A stretch of 64,000 nucleotides of DNA from assembly GCA_030141605.1 (NCBI GenBank), contig JAQGDQ010000002.1:1798001-1862000 (forward strand). Direction: 5' to 3'. Of the stretch, positions 13,501 through 30,433 are shown in pieces. The notes below the pieces were generated by a model, which saw only the letters and a program-made list of their open reading frames with translations, ran no database searches and had not been told where the DNA came from. Numbering within the stretch: the stretch's first letter is position 1; every line of letters begins with the position of its first letter. The position numbers were made by a program, and so were the translations under genes. This DNA comes from Tubiluchus corallicola. Lineage: Eukaryota > Animalia > Priapulida.

Positions 13501-16396
13501 AATTACATTCTTTAAATGTAATTGAGCATATATATTTTCATTTTTCCCTTTTTTCAGCTGAGCTATTGAGAGGTTTGGCAAAACTTAGAGGAGATGGACA
13601 ATTTTGTGATGTCATACTTTGTGTAGATGGTCTAGAGATTCCTTGTCATCGTGTAGTAGTGTCTGCTTTTAGCCCCTATTTTGAAGCCTTGTTTGGGCCA
13701 AACTTTAAGCGCAATGAAAGCAAATCAGATAACAAAGTGCATTTGTATTCTTTTAATGGAAAATCCCTGGAAAAACTAATAGAATATGCTTATACAGGAG
13801 AATTGACGATAAGCACAGAATCTGTGCAAGATCTGTTGTTAGCAGCCAATTACCTTCAGTTGGATAATGTTCAGGTAGCCTGCTGCAGGTTCCTAGGCAA
13901 CTGTTTGGAACCACAAAACTGCATTGGGATTCACAGATTTGCAAAGATGCTAAACTGCAGTAGTTTTATTGATACTAGCTGGGCTTTCACTTTAAGACAC
14001 TTTGCCAAGGTCTCTATCACAGAAGAATTTCTCCAGCTACCTCATGAGGAACTTATTCAGATTCTGACTGATAAGAACATTTGCGTTGTGGTGCAGGATG
14101 TGATACCAGTGGTCTCTGCCCAAGAACAATTTCTTTGTGAGGCTGCTTTGAAATGGCTTCAGTATGACCCAACTCATAGAATAGGAGTTTTTCAAAAAGT
14201 TTTGGAATGTATCCGATTACAGATGCTTACATCTGAATACCGTGATGCTTTAACTTTGCATCCACTGTTGTGTAAGAGGGCAAACTTTCTCTCACATATC
14301 AGGCTAGCTGAAATGTCCGAGCCATATACTGTGAGAACTTTTGATGGTAAGCAGACAGGAAGTTGTACTATATTTTTGAATGGATTTCATTTTGTACATG
14401 TACTATTCACTCTAAGAGTCTGCAAGATCTCAAGTTAATTTTATGTCCAGCGAAACTATTTCTTGCCTGATTTTTGTTCCCTGAGAAATCATTTTATCAA
14501 TTAATCTTGTTTTGAGTTTGAAAAACGTCACACAGACTGCTAGTCCAGACTTTTTTGTACTTGTACTTGAGTTATAAAAAATAGAAATTAGGTTATAATT
14601 TTCATTTTTTTGGTACACTTTAGCATTTAGACATGTTTTCTGTAATTTTGTAAAAACCTTGATTACCTGTTATAAGAAAGTTGTTTTGTTGAACGGCTGA
14701 ATTGTTAAATAATGTAAGTGTATGTTATTGTTGTTGCTGTCGTTGGTGGTGTTGCTGCTTGTGTTGTCACTGCTGTTGTTGTTTTTGCTGCTGCTACTGC
14801 TTTTAAATTATTACTTAAATGAATTTACTAGATCAGTGAAATTTCATTTCAGAACCTAAAGTTAGAAGAGGAGCTATGCATTATGCTAACAGATCTATAT
14901 TCCCCTTAACTTCCACATTTGGTGATCCGCTTATCTGTGATGGTTGTCAAGAGTATACTATTGAGACAGTTACAATCTGGACAAGAGAGTGGGACAATAC
15001 TATAATTGTTTCTGGTAAATGTTGTTATTGCTAATTGAAAATTCTTAATGTAATAGTAATCCTACTGGCTCCAAGCAAATTTATTATATTCTCTTGTATA
15101 TTTACAATTTATTTTTTTAACTTATAAGTATGTTTCTCTATTAAATAACAGAAATTAGATAGTAACAATATGAGAAACAATATGAGAATTTACTTTTAAA
15201 AGAAACTTATATCCACAGTGACTGTTTTAAACACTTCTGCTGTTAGAAAAACATTTATATATAAATAATAGAATAATAATAAGTATAGCTTAAAATTTGT
15301 GCCGTTTTCATAACTGCTGGTATCAGCTAATGAGTTGTATGGTCTTTTCATACAGTACTGTACCAAACACAAACAGCTATGTGAAACATTTGCATAAATT
15401 TAAAATCATTGTTATTACAAACATTTGTGCTAGCCATGCATATCCGGTAAACAACTAAAATTTAACTGCAAAGTAAAGCATAAAGCTTGCCAAATGTTTA
15501 CAGAAAAGCCTTTTTAAACATATTAACCTCATTGTGTTGAATTATGCAATATTTTGGCAAATTTTAATTTTTGTTTTAATAGTTTTTTGCCTGTTTACTG
15601 TTTGGTAATCACGAAAATTCAGGAAAATGCAGATATTGAAAAATTTAACTTTGTAAGGCATTTTAATTTTAAGTAATGATTTTGTAGTTAAAACTACCAA
15701 ATGTATGAATTTGAAAACATGTCACAAATGCATTATCAAAATGGTATTTTCACTGCAAAATGACTGTTTAAGCATAAGAGTTTTGCCTGACAAACTTTAT
15801 TTTATTTTCAACGGTTTACATTTTTAGGTTTAAAGATTGTTTATAGAAAGCTGCAATTAGGGCAAGAAGGAAAAAAGCTTTGCTGTACTGAGGGCACAAT
15901 AACTAAAACAGAAGATGCTGAAAGAGTTGAATTTATTCATGGCGGCCAGACGACCAATGAAGAATCATTTACACTTGAAAAAGATGAGAAAATTATTAAA
16001 GTGGATGTGCAGCATGGTTGGTTAATTGACAGTTTGAAGTTCTATACTAACAAGGGTAGAGAGTTTGGACCATATGGGGGAATTGGTGGAGATAAGGGTA
16101 CTGAAAAACTGAGGTCTGGAGAATTAGGCCACTTACATGGCATTTGTGGCAACATTAGTACAACAGAAGGCTCACCAGTTATAACAAATTTGCAGTTTGT
16201 TTGGCTTTTCCACAGCTTGAAGAAAAACGACCAGTCTAACACAGATGATTATGATGAGAACGAATGGAGCGAGCTCCCCAGGGAATGGCTTGATTACGAT
16301 TCCCCAAGTGGAGAATTTTACGGCTACAGTGATTTTGATATTTATGATGATTATGACGATTATGAAGATGATGTAGATTTTGATGATAATGGTTGA
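10583..16396 (+). CDS. BTB-BACK protein with C-terminal jacalin-like lectin domain and acidic tail, about 590 aa; exons 10583-10835, 13558-14346, 14853-15014, 15828-16396
   Basis: KLHL-type BTB (LRGDGQFCDVIL...HRVVVSAFSPYF) and BACK (NCIGI...EEFLQL...EQFLCEAALKWL). All three introns are GT-AG phase 1 and the total of 1773 nt is in frame. Last exon reads FTLEKDEKIIKVDVQHGWLIDSLKFYTNKGREFGPYGGIGG (jacalin beta-prism pattern). No Kelch repeats are seen before the stop. Confidence 0.85.
12950..13307. mobile_element. Non-autonomous Helentron/DINE-like (HINE) element remnant
   Basis: ACAA-rich microsatellite followed by the terminal motif AACTTCCTTGGCAGAGGTAA, resembling the ACCTCCTTGGCGGAGGTAA end of such elements. 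The 5' boundary is approximate. Confidence 0.45.
13363..13493. repeat. Degenerate tandem TTTTCCTGTGCCATTT repeats (MITE subterminal-like)
   Basis: About six degenerate copies of (T)n-C-TGTG(C/G)CATTTT just upstream of the exon 2 acceptor. Confidence 0.6.
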
Positions 16397-17925
16397 GAAA
16401 TGTGATCTATGTAAATTATACTTATATGTGTAACAGCTACAGAATTTTTATTTCATTTTCAGCTAATCAATCAGCTGTCCACAAATCGCCATAGTTAAAG
16501 CTGCATTACGGAGTCTTGAAGTGGAATGCATAAAATATTAGGCTTAACATCAATTTTTTGTTTTCTATTAAAGCAAAAACTAAACATATTGAACTTTCAC
16601 ATTTTAGCATTAAATGACAGTAAAATGTTTTTGAAACGTCATTTTTATGATCATTTTCTCGCTTTAAGAATTCTCTTTAAGAATTAGTATTGAAATGGCA
16701 AAAAATTTATACTTATTTTTAAACTCTGATTGTAACTCGTGGGAGTGGCCATTTTTCTTGTGGTTTTCTTATTATCAAGCCCAGATCCTTGTCTTGAAGG
16801 ACCATCTATTAGATTTAAGTGCAACTTTAAAGCGCCTTTTTCAAAGTCCGTTTTTTGTGTGGTTGCTACTTGTTAAAGAATTTTTGTAAAAACTGGTCAC
16901 AAACAAGGACAAACTTTAGCTGTGATTTTCTCAAAATTATGTTTTTAACGTGCGATATACTGCTCAACTTCATTGCTGATTACCTCAGCTAAGAAACGTC
17001 CCAGGCAATGAACTTGGTATCAAAATGATCCTTGTAAAATGGAGATTTAGGATAGGTTAATAGCTAAAAAAAGCATAATTGCCAATGTGCTGTGCAAGCA
17101 AACAAATAAGACAGCAAAACTTGAAAGTTTGAATCTCAAGCACTACCTGCATAATGCATTCTAGTGCTGTTTGCACAGATAATCATTTGATAAAAATATA
17201 AAACGCTGTTTGTTGGCAGGTCATGAATGTTAGCTTGCAGATCTGGGCCATCTTGTATGCTACATACTTATTACAGCTGACTATGTTTTTAAATATGGAT
17301 AACTACCTGTACCTTACATATTGATTCTGAATAATCGGTTTGGTAGTTATAATGGAAAAGCCGCTCTCTCCGCAAACTGTGTAAATTGGTTTGAGGAAAG
17401 CTAAACATAACAGTTGTCCATGTTGTATAGAAATTATAAGAATGTAAAGTTTTGTAGAACTTGTACTGAAAAATAATGGAAAAGATAAAATTTGCAAAAA
17501 TAATAGTGAACAATAATAGTATATTTTGTTTTGTTTTTTGTTGTGTAGATATTTGCTTTAAAAAATGTGTGAAACAAGAAATGCTGAATCTAAAAAAGGA
17601 AGAAATTAATGTGAAATGGTGTAATAACCAGGGTTGTCTGAGTTTCGTACTGCACAGTTTTGTAGTAAAAATAACTTTCAGTGGAACATATTGCTTTATT
17701 GGAGTGATAACAGTGCCATGTTTTTTGTGAAAAGTTTAATGTGCATTACTGGAGCATATGCAAGGTAGTCTTGACCTCCCAAGTTTATAATTGACTCTCT
17801 GACATATTTTCTGCTATGATGCTTAGATTGAAATGAAGGAACAACAACCAGTTGCCAGAAAATTTTTTAGCCAGTCTCTTTTCATGTGCACTATAAGAGC
17901 ACCATGTGCACCATACGGTATGATG

Positions 17926-18054
17926 TATATATATATATATATATATACCGTATACACACACACACACACACACATAAATTTACATATAAAATATATATAT
18001 AATATATACATATATATGTATATACATATACCATACTGTATTATATAATTTATT

Positions 18055-18112
<58 letters not shown>

Positions 18113-18153
18113 TGTATATATATATACAAATAAATTATATAATACAGTATGGT
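17926..18153. repeat. (TA)n/(CA)n microsatellite with a flanking perfect inverted repeat
   Basis: ACCATACTGTATTATATAATTTATTTGTATATA at 18030-18062 is the exact reverse complement of 18121-18153 and encloses a (TA)n tract. Confidence 0.9.
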
Positions 18154-18213
18154 TTTAAGTGCATTGTAATTTAAGTTTATGATTTATAAGTAATTTAAAT
18201 GCAAATACATACA

Positions 18214-19460
18214 TGCTGATTGCAGGGTTTCTTTTAGTTGGTCCTTGTAGCGGCGCCAAGGGCGGCCCAGGGGGCGTTTTCCAGTGCTCAGCTCACTGAA
18301 GAGGATCCTTCGGGGAAGCCTGTTTTCGTCCATACGTGCTACATGACCTGCCCAGCTTAGCCGATGTTTCGTAATCATAGCTTCTATACTAGTGGTGTTG
18401 AATCTCTCGAGAACTGAATTATTGGTGACATAATCATCCCATCTGATGTTGGAAACTGAGCGAAGCTTTTTCTGGTGGAACTGTTCGAGTTTTTTCAGGT
18501 CTTGGCGGTACAGAGTCCATGTTTCACATCCGTAAAGGAGTGTGGAAACGACAATAGCATTATAGACCATCAGCTTGGTTCGACGAGTTAGATGAGCATT
18601 ACCAAAGACACGGGTTGAGAGTTTGCCGAAAGCGGCATGGGCAGCTCTAAGCCTATTTTCCACATCCTTTGTTGAGTTGCACTGGACGGAGAGTAGACTG
18701 CCCAGGTACGGGAAATGTTCAACACATTCTAGATCTGTACCATTAATGGAAATGTTACATACTGGTGTGTCTGCTTCAGGTGATGGTTGGACAATAACTT
18801 TGGTTTTTCCTATGTTGACTGTAAGGCCAAAGCGAGAATATGCGTCACAGAAGTTGCTGACTGATTGTTGCAGGTGATTGGCTGAGTGGGCTGGTGCCGC
18901 ATTATCATCCGCATATTGCAGCTCTGTCACTCTGAAGGTTGTGGTGCGGTTCCTGGCTCGAAAACGTGACAGATTGAAGAGCCCCCCATCAAAGCGGCAT
19001 CTCAATTCCACCCCTGGATTGTCTGGTGGAAGGTCATGAAGCATAGCAGTGAGATAGAGTGAAAAGAGCGTTGGTGCGAGGACACAGCCTTGTTTTAGTC
19101 CACAAGTGATTGGGAACTCTTCTGAGATAGTGTTTTGGTTGATAACACGTGCCGTCATACCATCATGCATAGCTTGTATCATCTTGATGAAGTCATCTGG
19201 AAGACCAAAACGTTGCAGGACAGCCCACATGGCTTCTCTCGGAACGCTGTCATAGGCTTTTTCTAAGTCATAGAACACGAGGAAGAGAGGCTTCCGCTGC
19301 TCACGGGCCTTTTCCTGCAGTTGTCGCGCACAGAAGATCATATCAATGGTCCCACGTAAAGCTCGGAACCCACACTGAGATTCAGGTATGATCCTTTCTG
19401 CAACCTCCTGAAGACGGTTCAAGATAATTCTTGACAGAATCTTTCCGGCAATTGAAAGCA
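18214..19460 (-). pseudogene. Inverted partial copy of the RTE RT domain
   Basis: Near-identical translation to the + strand copy; visible amino acid differences are T/A, K/R and S/R. Confidence 0.9.
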
Positions 19461-19548
19461 TCAAGACTGGTTTGACTCCCATGACCAAGAAATCGCTGCT
19501 CTCATTGATGCCAAGCGAAAAGCCAGGATAGACCATGAGCAGCATCCC

Positions 19549-21636
19549 ATGTCATTCGAGAAGAAAGTCAGGTTCCAACAACTGAAAAGCCAATGTCAGT
19601 CCAGAATGAGGGAGTTCCAAAACAACTGGTGGCTACAGAAGGCAGAAGAACTTCAACATCATGCAGATTGCAGAGACCTTAGAAGTTTCTACGCAGGCAC
19701 TAAGGAGATCTATGGTCCTAGAAGAACATCAGTGGGAACTCTTATGTCAGCCGACAACACCACCCTCCTGACCGAGAGCCAAGATATTCTTGACCGATGG
19801 AAACAGTACTTTAATACCTTGCTAAACCGGAACTCAACAACAGCAGCTGACTTCCTAAGGAATGTTCCACAGCATCCCCTGCAACCCCAGTTATCGGTTC
19901 CACCCAACTTTATTGAGTTTGAAACAGCCATTAAGCGTATGCCTCGAGGGAAGGCTGCTGGACCCGACAATATCCAAGTGGAACTCATCAGTCATGGTGG
20001 ACCTGCTCTCAAGAACCGACTGTTCAACCTGATGCTTCAAATGTGGGAAGCAAAACGAGTCCCAGATGACCTGAAAAACGCACTCATTGTCACTATCTTT
20101 AAAAAGGGGGATCGCAACCTGTGTGGAAACTACAGGGGGATATCACTGCTTTCAATTGCCGGAAAGATTCTGTCAAGAATTATCTTGAACCGTCTTCAGG
20201 AGGTTGCAGAAAGGATCATACCTGAATCTCAGTGTGGGTTCCGAGCTTTACGTGGGACCATTGATATGATCTTCTGTGCGCGACAACTGCAGGAAAAGGC
20301 CCGTGAGCAGCGGAAGCCTCTCTTCCTCGTGTTCTATGACTTAGAAAAAGCCTATGACAGCGTTCCGAGAGAAGCCATGTGGGCTGTCCTGCAACGTTTT
20401 GGTCTTCCAGATGACTTCATCAAGATGATACAAGCTATGCATGATGGTATGACGGCACGTGTTATCAACCAAAACACTATCTCAGAAGAGTTCCCAATCA
20501 CTTGTGGACTAAAACAAGGCTGTGTCCTCGCACCAACGCTCTTTTCACTCTATCTCACTGCTATGCTTCATGACCTTCCACCAGACAATCCAGGGGTGGA
20601 ATTGAGATGCCGCTTTGATGGGGGGCTCTTCAATCTGTCGCGTTTTCGAGCCAGGAACCGCACCACAACCTTCAGAGTGACAGAGCTGCAATATGCGGAT
20701 GATAATGCGGCACCAGCCCACTCAGCCAATCACCTGCAACAATCAGTCAGCAACTTCTGTGACGCATATTCTCGCTTTGGCCTTACAGTCAACATAGGAA
20801 AAACCAAAGTTATTGTCCAACCATCACCTGAAGCAGACACACCAGTATGTAACATTTCCATTAATGGTGCAGATCTAGAATGTGTTGAACATTTCCCGTA
20901 CCTGGGCAGTCTACTCTCCGTCCAGTGCAACTCAACAAAGGATGTGGAAAATAGGCTTAGAGCTGCCCATGCCGCTTTCGGCAGACTCTCAACCCGTGTC
21001 TTTGGTAATGCTCATCTAACTCGTCGAACCAAGCTGATGGTCTATAATGCTATTGTCGTTTCCACACTCCTTTACGGATGTGAAACATGGACTCTGTACC
21101 GCCAAGACCTGAAAAAACTCGAACAGTTCCACCAGAAAAAGCTTCGCTCAGTTTCCAACATCAGATGGGATGATTATGTCACCAATAATTCAGTTCTCGA
21201 GAGATTCAACACCACTAGTATAGAAGCTATGATTACGAAACATCGGCTAAGGTGGGCAGGTCATGTAGCACGTATGGACGAAAACAGGCTTCCCCGAAGG
21301 ATCCTCTTCAGTGAGCTGAGCACTGGAAAACGCCCCCTGGGCCGCCCTTGGCGCCGCTACAAGGACCAACTAAAAGAAACCCTGCAATCAGCAGGAATCG
21401 ATCCAGAAACCTGGGAACAGACAGCGCGGCAGCGAACAAAGTGGAGAAGAGTCATTCAGGAAGGGACTAAGCATTTTGAAACAACCAGACGAGCAGCAAT
21501 TGAAGCCAAACGTCAACGAAGGAAAGAGAAGGCCCGTCAACCTCAGGTAACTCCCACCATCCAATGTGACAAATGCACCAGAATGTTTCGAGCAAGGATC
21601 GGGCTGTTAAGCCACCAATGTGCCCACCACAGCTAG
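19549..21636 (+). CDS. RTE LINE reverse transcriptase (endonuclease domain absent), open frame
   Basis: Motifs KAAGPD, NYRGISLL, PESQCGFR, DLEKAYD, GLKQGCVLAP, QYADD, LLYGCETW and LRWAGHV, plus a C-terminal C2H2-like motif. Confidence 0.9.
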   Translation: MSFEKKVRFQQLKSQCQSRMREFQNNWWLQKAEELQHHADCRDLRSFYAGTKEIYGPRRTSVGTLMSADNTTLLTESQDILDRWKQYFNTLLNRNSTTAADFLRNVPQHPLQPQLSVPPNFIEFETAIKRMPRGKAAGPDNIQVELISHGGPALKNRLFNLMLQMWEAKRVPDDLKNALIVTIFKKGDRNLCGNYRGISLLSIAGKILSRIILNRLQEVAERIIPESQCGFRALRGTIDMIFCARQLQEKAREQRKPLFLVFYDLEKAYDSVPREAMWAVLQRFGLPDDFIKMIQAMHDGMTARVINQNTISEEFPITCGLKQGCVLAPTLFSLYLTAMLHDLPPDNPGVELRCRFDGGLFNLSRFRARNRTTTFRVTELQYADDNAAPAHSANHLQQSVSNFCDAYSRFGLTVNIGKTKVIVQPSPEADTPVCNISINGADLECVEHFPYLGSLLSVQCNSTKDVENRLRAAHAAFGRLSTRVFGNAHLTRRTKLMVYNAIVVSTLLYGCETWTLYRQDLKKLEQFHQKKLRSVSNIRWDDYVTNNSVLERFNTTSIEAMITKHRLRWAGHVARMDENRLPRRILFSELSTGKRPLGRPWRRYKDQLKETLQSAGIDPETWEQTARQRTKWRRVIQEGTKHFETTRRAAIEAKRQRRKEKARQPQVTPTIQCDKCTRMFRARIGLLSHQCAHHS

Positions 21637-22238
21637 TAACTTCGACCGAAAGGACAATACTCGGAAACGAGTGAAAGCCGACGATGACGACATACATTTA
21701 AATTATTTACTATTAGAATGTTTTCGTGTTATTTTTTTTGCTGTGCATTCTAATGAGAATGAGGTACTGACACGACATGCCCCGACCCGTATTTACTTTT
21801 CTGACACAAAACAATTTCATTCAGTAACAAAATTTAAAACTTTATTAAGGCAAGGAATCTTGAACTTAAATACCAACAAATGGTATTGACCTAATGACTA
21901 TCCATTTTTTGACTAAGCTACATCATTAGCTGTTAGTGACTAACCATTATAGGTTTACACTTTTAAGCTGGTTTTGCGGGGTGATTCCTTCTTTGCTGGT
22001 TGTTACTTGTTAGCTGAATTAAGTAGAAAAATTTTCTGTTATTATATTGTCACTAAAGAATGACAGTCAATAATTTAATGATTTTTGACGTTACTGATCA
22101 AAACAGCTGTCATGCTGCTGCTAGTGCACCTACTCACTACTCAGCCTAATCGCTAAAAAGGGTCAAACTTATTCCAATTATAATTTAGGAGCAATATGAG
22201 CATAGATGTCATATTAGTGATGTTATAGACTTATTAGC

Positions 22239-22300
22239 CTATATATGTCATTTACTATGTCAATGACTATGGTCATTGACATAGAAAATGACATATATAG
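22239..22300. repeat. 29-bp inverted repeat (hairpin), probably the core of a small MITE
   Basis: CTATATATGTCATTTACTATGTCAATGAC-tatg-GTCATTGACATAGAAAATGACATATATAG, one mismatch. Confidence 0.8.
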
Positions 22301-23262
22301 TCTATTACTATGTCATTTCAGTAATTGTTTTGATCTATGATTATGAACATAACCATGCGATACACTCTGTTGGCAAGGTACTTGAAGCTAGCTTACAAAG
22401 AAGATTACGCATGTTGCCACTGTTGTAATGGTTGAAAATTGGCTTTGAAAACAATTTAAGTGAGTGTGCAGATTTTGGTAATCTCTTCCACAAATCAGCT
22501 ATTTTGTTATTAAAAAGCGACGGAATAGTAGAAAACGATGCACGAAAATAGTCGTTAAATGTGATGTTGACATTACGTGGAATGCTAATGCTTGCTCGTG
22601 TACCGGCGCCGCCTTGCGTTTTATTTACGCACCCCTTATATATGGACTCTTATAGCTGAATCACCAGCGCGTATTATTATTGATTTGGACTGTTCATTCC
22701 GAAAAGGACGACTGACACTGACGAAAATAAAGACAGGTTGATATCGTTCACAGGGTTATTCAGCACTGACAAACTCGGGAATGATAGTGTTTTGAATGAC
22801 CATGTGGATGACCTGTTATTATTATTTTGTTGGATGAGCATATGAAATTGTTTTGAGGACAGATTTTTTGAACTCAGACTTTTTTTTGACAATTCATGTT
22901 CAATATGATTGCTGATACCCAGATTTGTCTGATGAAGGCTTTTTCTTGCTTATAATCTCTAGTCACAAGCTTGCGACACATCATAGCACAGTGTGTAGGT
23001 GTGGTAGTACTGCTGGCACTACTTTTTAGATAATTTGTGTTTTGTCAATATGACGAAATTCTAAGCAACTCTTTTTAGAAAATTTTTGCAGTAAAGTGCT
23101 AAATTTTCTGCTTTCCACAAAATTTAATTTTTTTGAACTTTGTTCAGGCTGAGGTTACCTCTTGTGCTATCTTTCAATTTAGAATTCTAGTTATTTTTTA
23201 AATTTTTCCATAGTAAAGACATTGATGTCGTTAGTGAATTTCTCAGTGCTATTAAGTTCTAA

Positions 23263-29382
<6,120 letters not shown>

Positions 29383-30433
29383 AAATGAGCATAACAGGTT
29401 CTTTCCACTCGGAGGTTTATATTTATGTGCACTGTTTTCTTAGCTTTAGTCTTTCATACTGTAAAACCACATATCATATATTATGCTTAGAACCTATTTT
29501 TTTATTGTGAGATTATAACAAGATTGTGATTGAGAATGAGTTGAAACTGGTACTTGTAGAATGTTTGTTGTCACCAATAAATTTGCCAAGCATGAGATGC
29601 CCACACAGTTTCAGGCAGATAAAATATAGTCTAGACATTAATTTTTTGCTATTATTTGGGCCAGTAAACTGTCGAAGCTGTCTTCAGGTAGTGAATCATA
29701 GGGAATCGAGAATAGCTCTTGCTATTTACTTTCTGCTTAATGAATTTCAAAATACTATTCATTATTCAGTTTGACCTTTTTCTCATCTTGGTCTGAATTG
29801 ATCATTTGGCTGGCATGATTAGCTTATTCTAATTATTTCTCCTTCCATTTCTCAATAAACAGTTTACTCAGTAAATTAGCACTCCTTATAGTGTTCTGAT
29901 ATTCTTTTGTCAAGTTTTCTGTTCCACAGTGCACGAGTATCAAGGCAAGACCAGTTTATCGCTTTTTTTGTTACAACCTAAAGTGGTTAAAAACGGCCTT
30001 GCATACCATAACAATATTCCCAATATCTGTGTCTTTAATTGATAGTGAAAGGTTTTCTGTTGATTTGTACACCTTCATGTACACATATTGATTTGTCATG
30101 TACTACATGTATACATATTGATACCTTGATTTGTACACATATCATTAAATTATTTGCTTATTTAGTTGACAGGTAAAAATTCTCAGAAAATTATTTACTT
30201 GTGACTTAACGCCGCGTTACTTTTAACAACTTTTGTTATCATTAACTACACAGCATGCAAAAGTCATTTTTGACAATTTGATTTTGTGTTCAATAATCCC
30301 ATTTATGGATTGTGCATATTGATAATTTAATTGTTTAGCAGCTTTGGCCAAATTAGCTAACATGTTTGATGCAGTTGCAATGCAATTCTAGAGTTTTGCG
30401 GTTTTGTTCCTAGAAATCGAAAAAAAAATGTTC

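Larger units (their letters stand above)
18214..21690 (+). mobile_element. 5'-truncated RTE-clade LINE with an inverted internal duplication at its 5' end
   Basis: Forward part starts at the HQDWFD motif (about 19459) and ends in a GAC/GAT tail. 18214-19460 is the reverse complement of 20147-21393. The composite is flanked by (A)CATACAT at 18207-18214 and 21690-21697 (candidate TSD). Confidence 0.92.

Noticed and set aside
16495-16830. TTAA-bounded Kolobok-like MITE (AGCTGCA...TGCAACT); similar weak ends at 38728-39590
   Set aside because: Terminal repeats are too short and degenerate to support from one copy.
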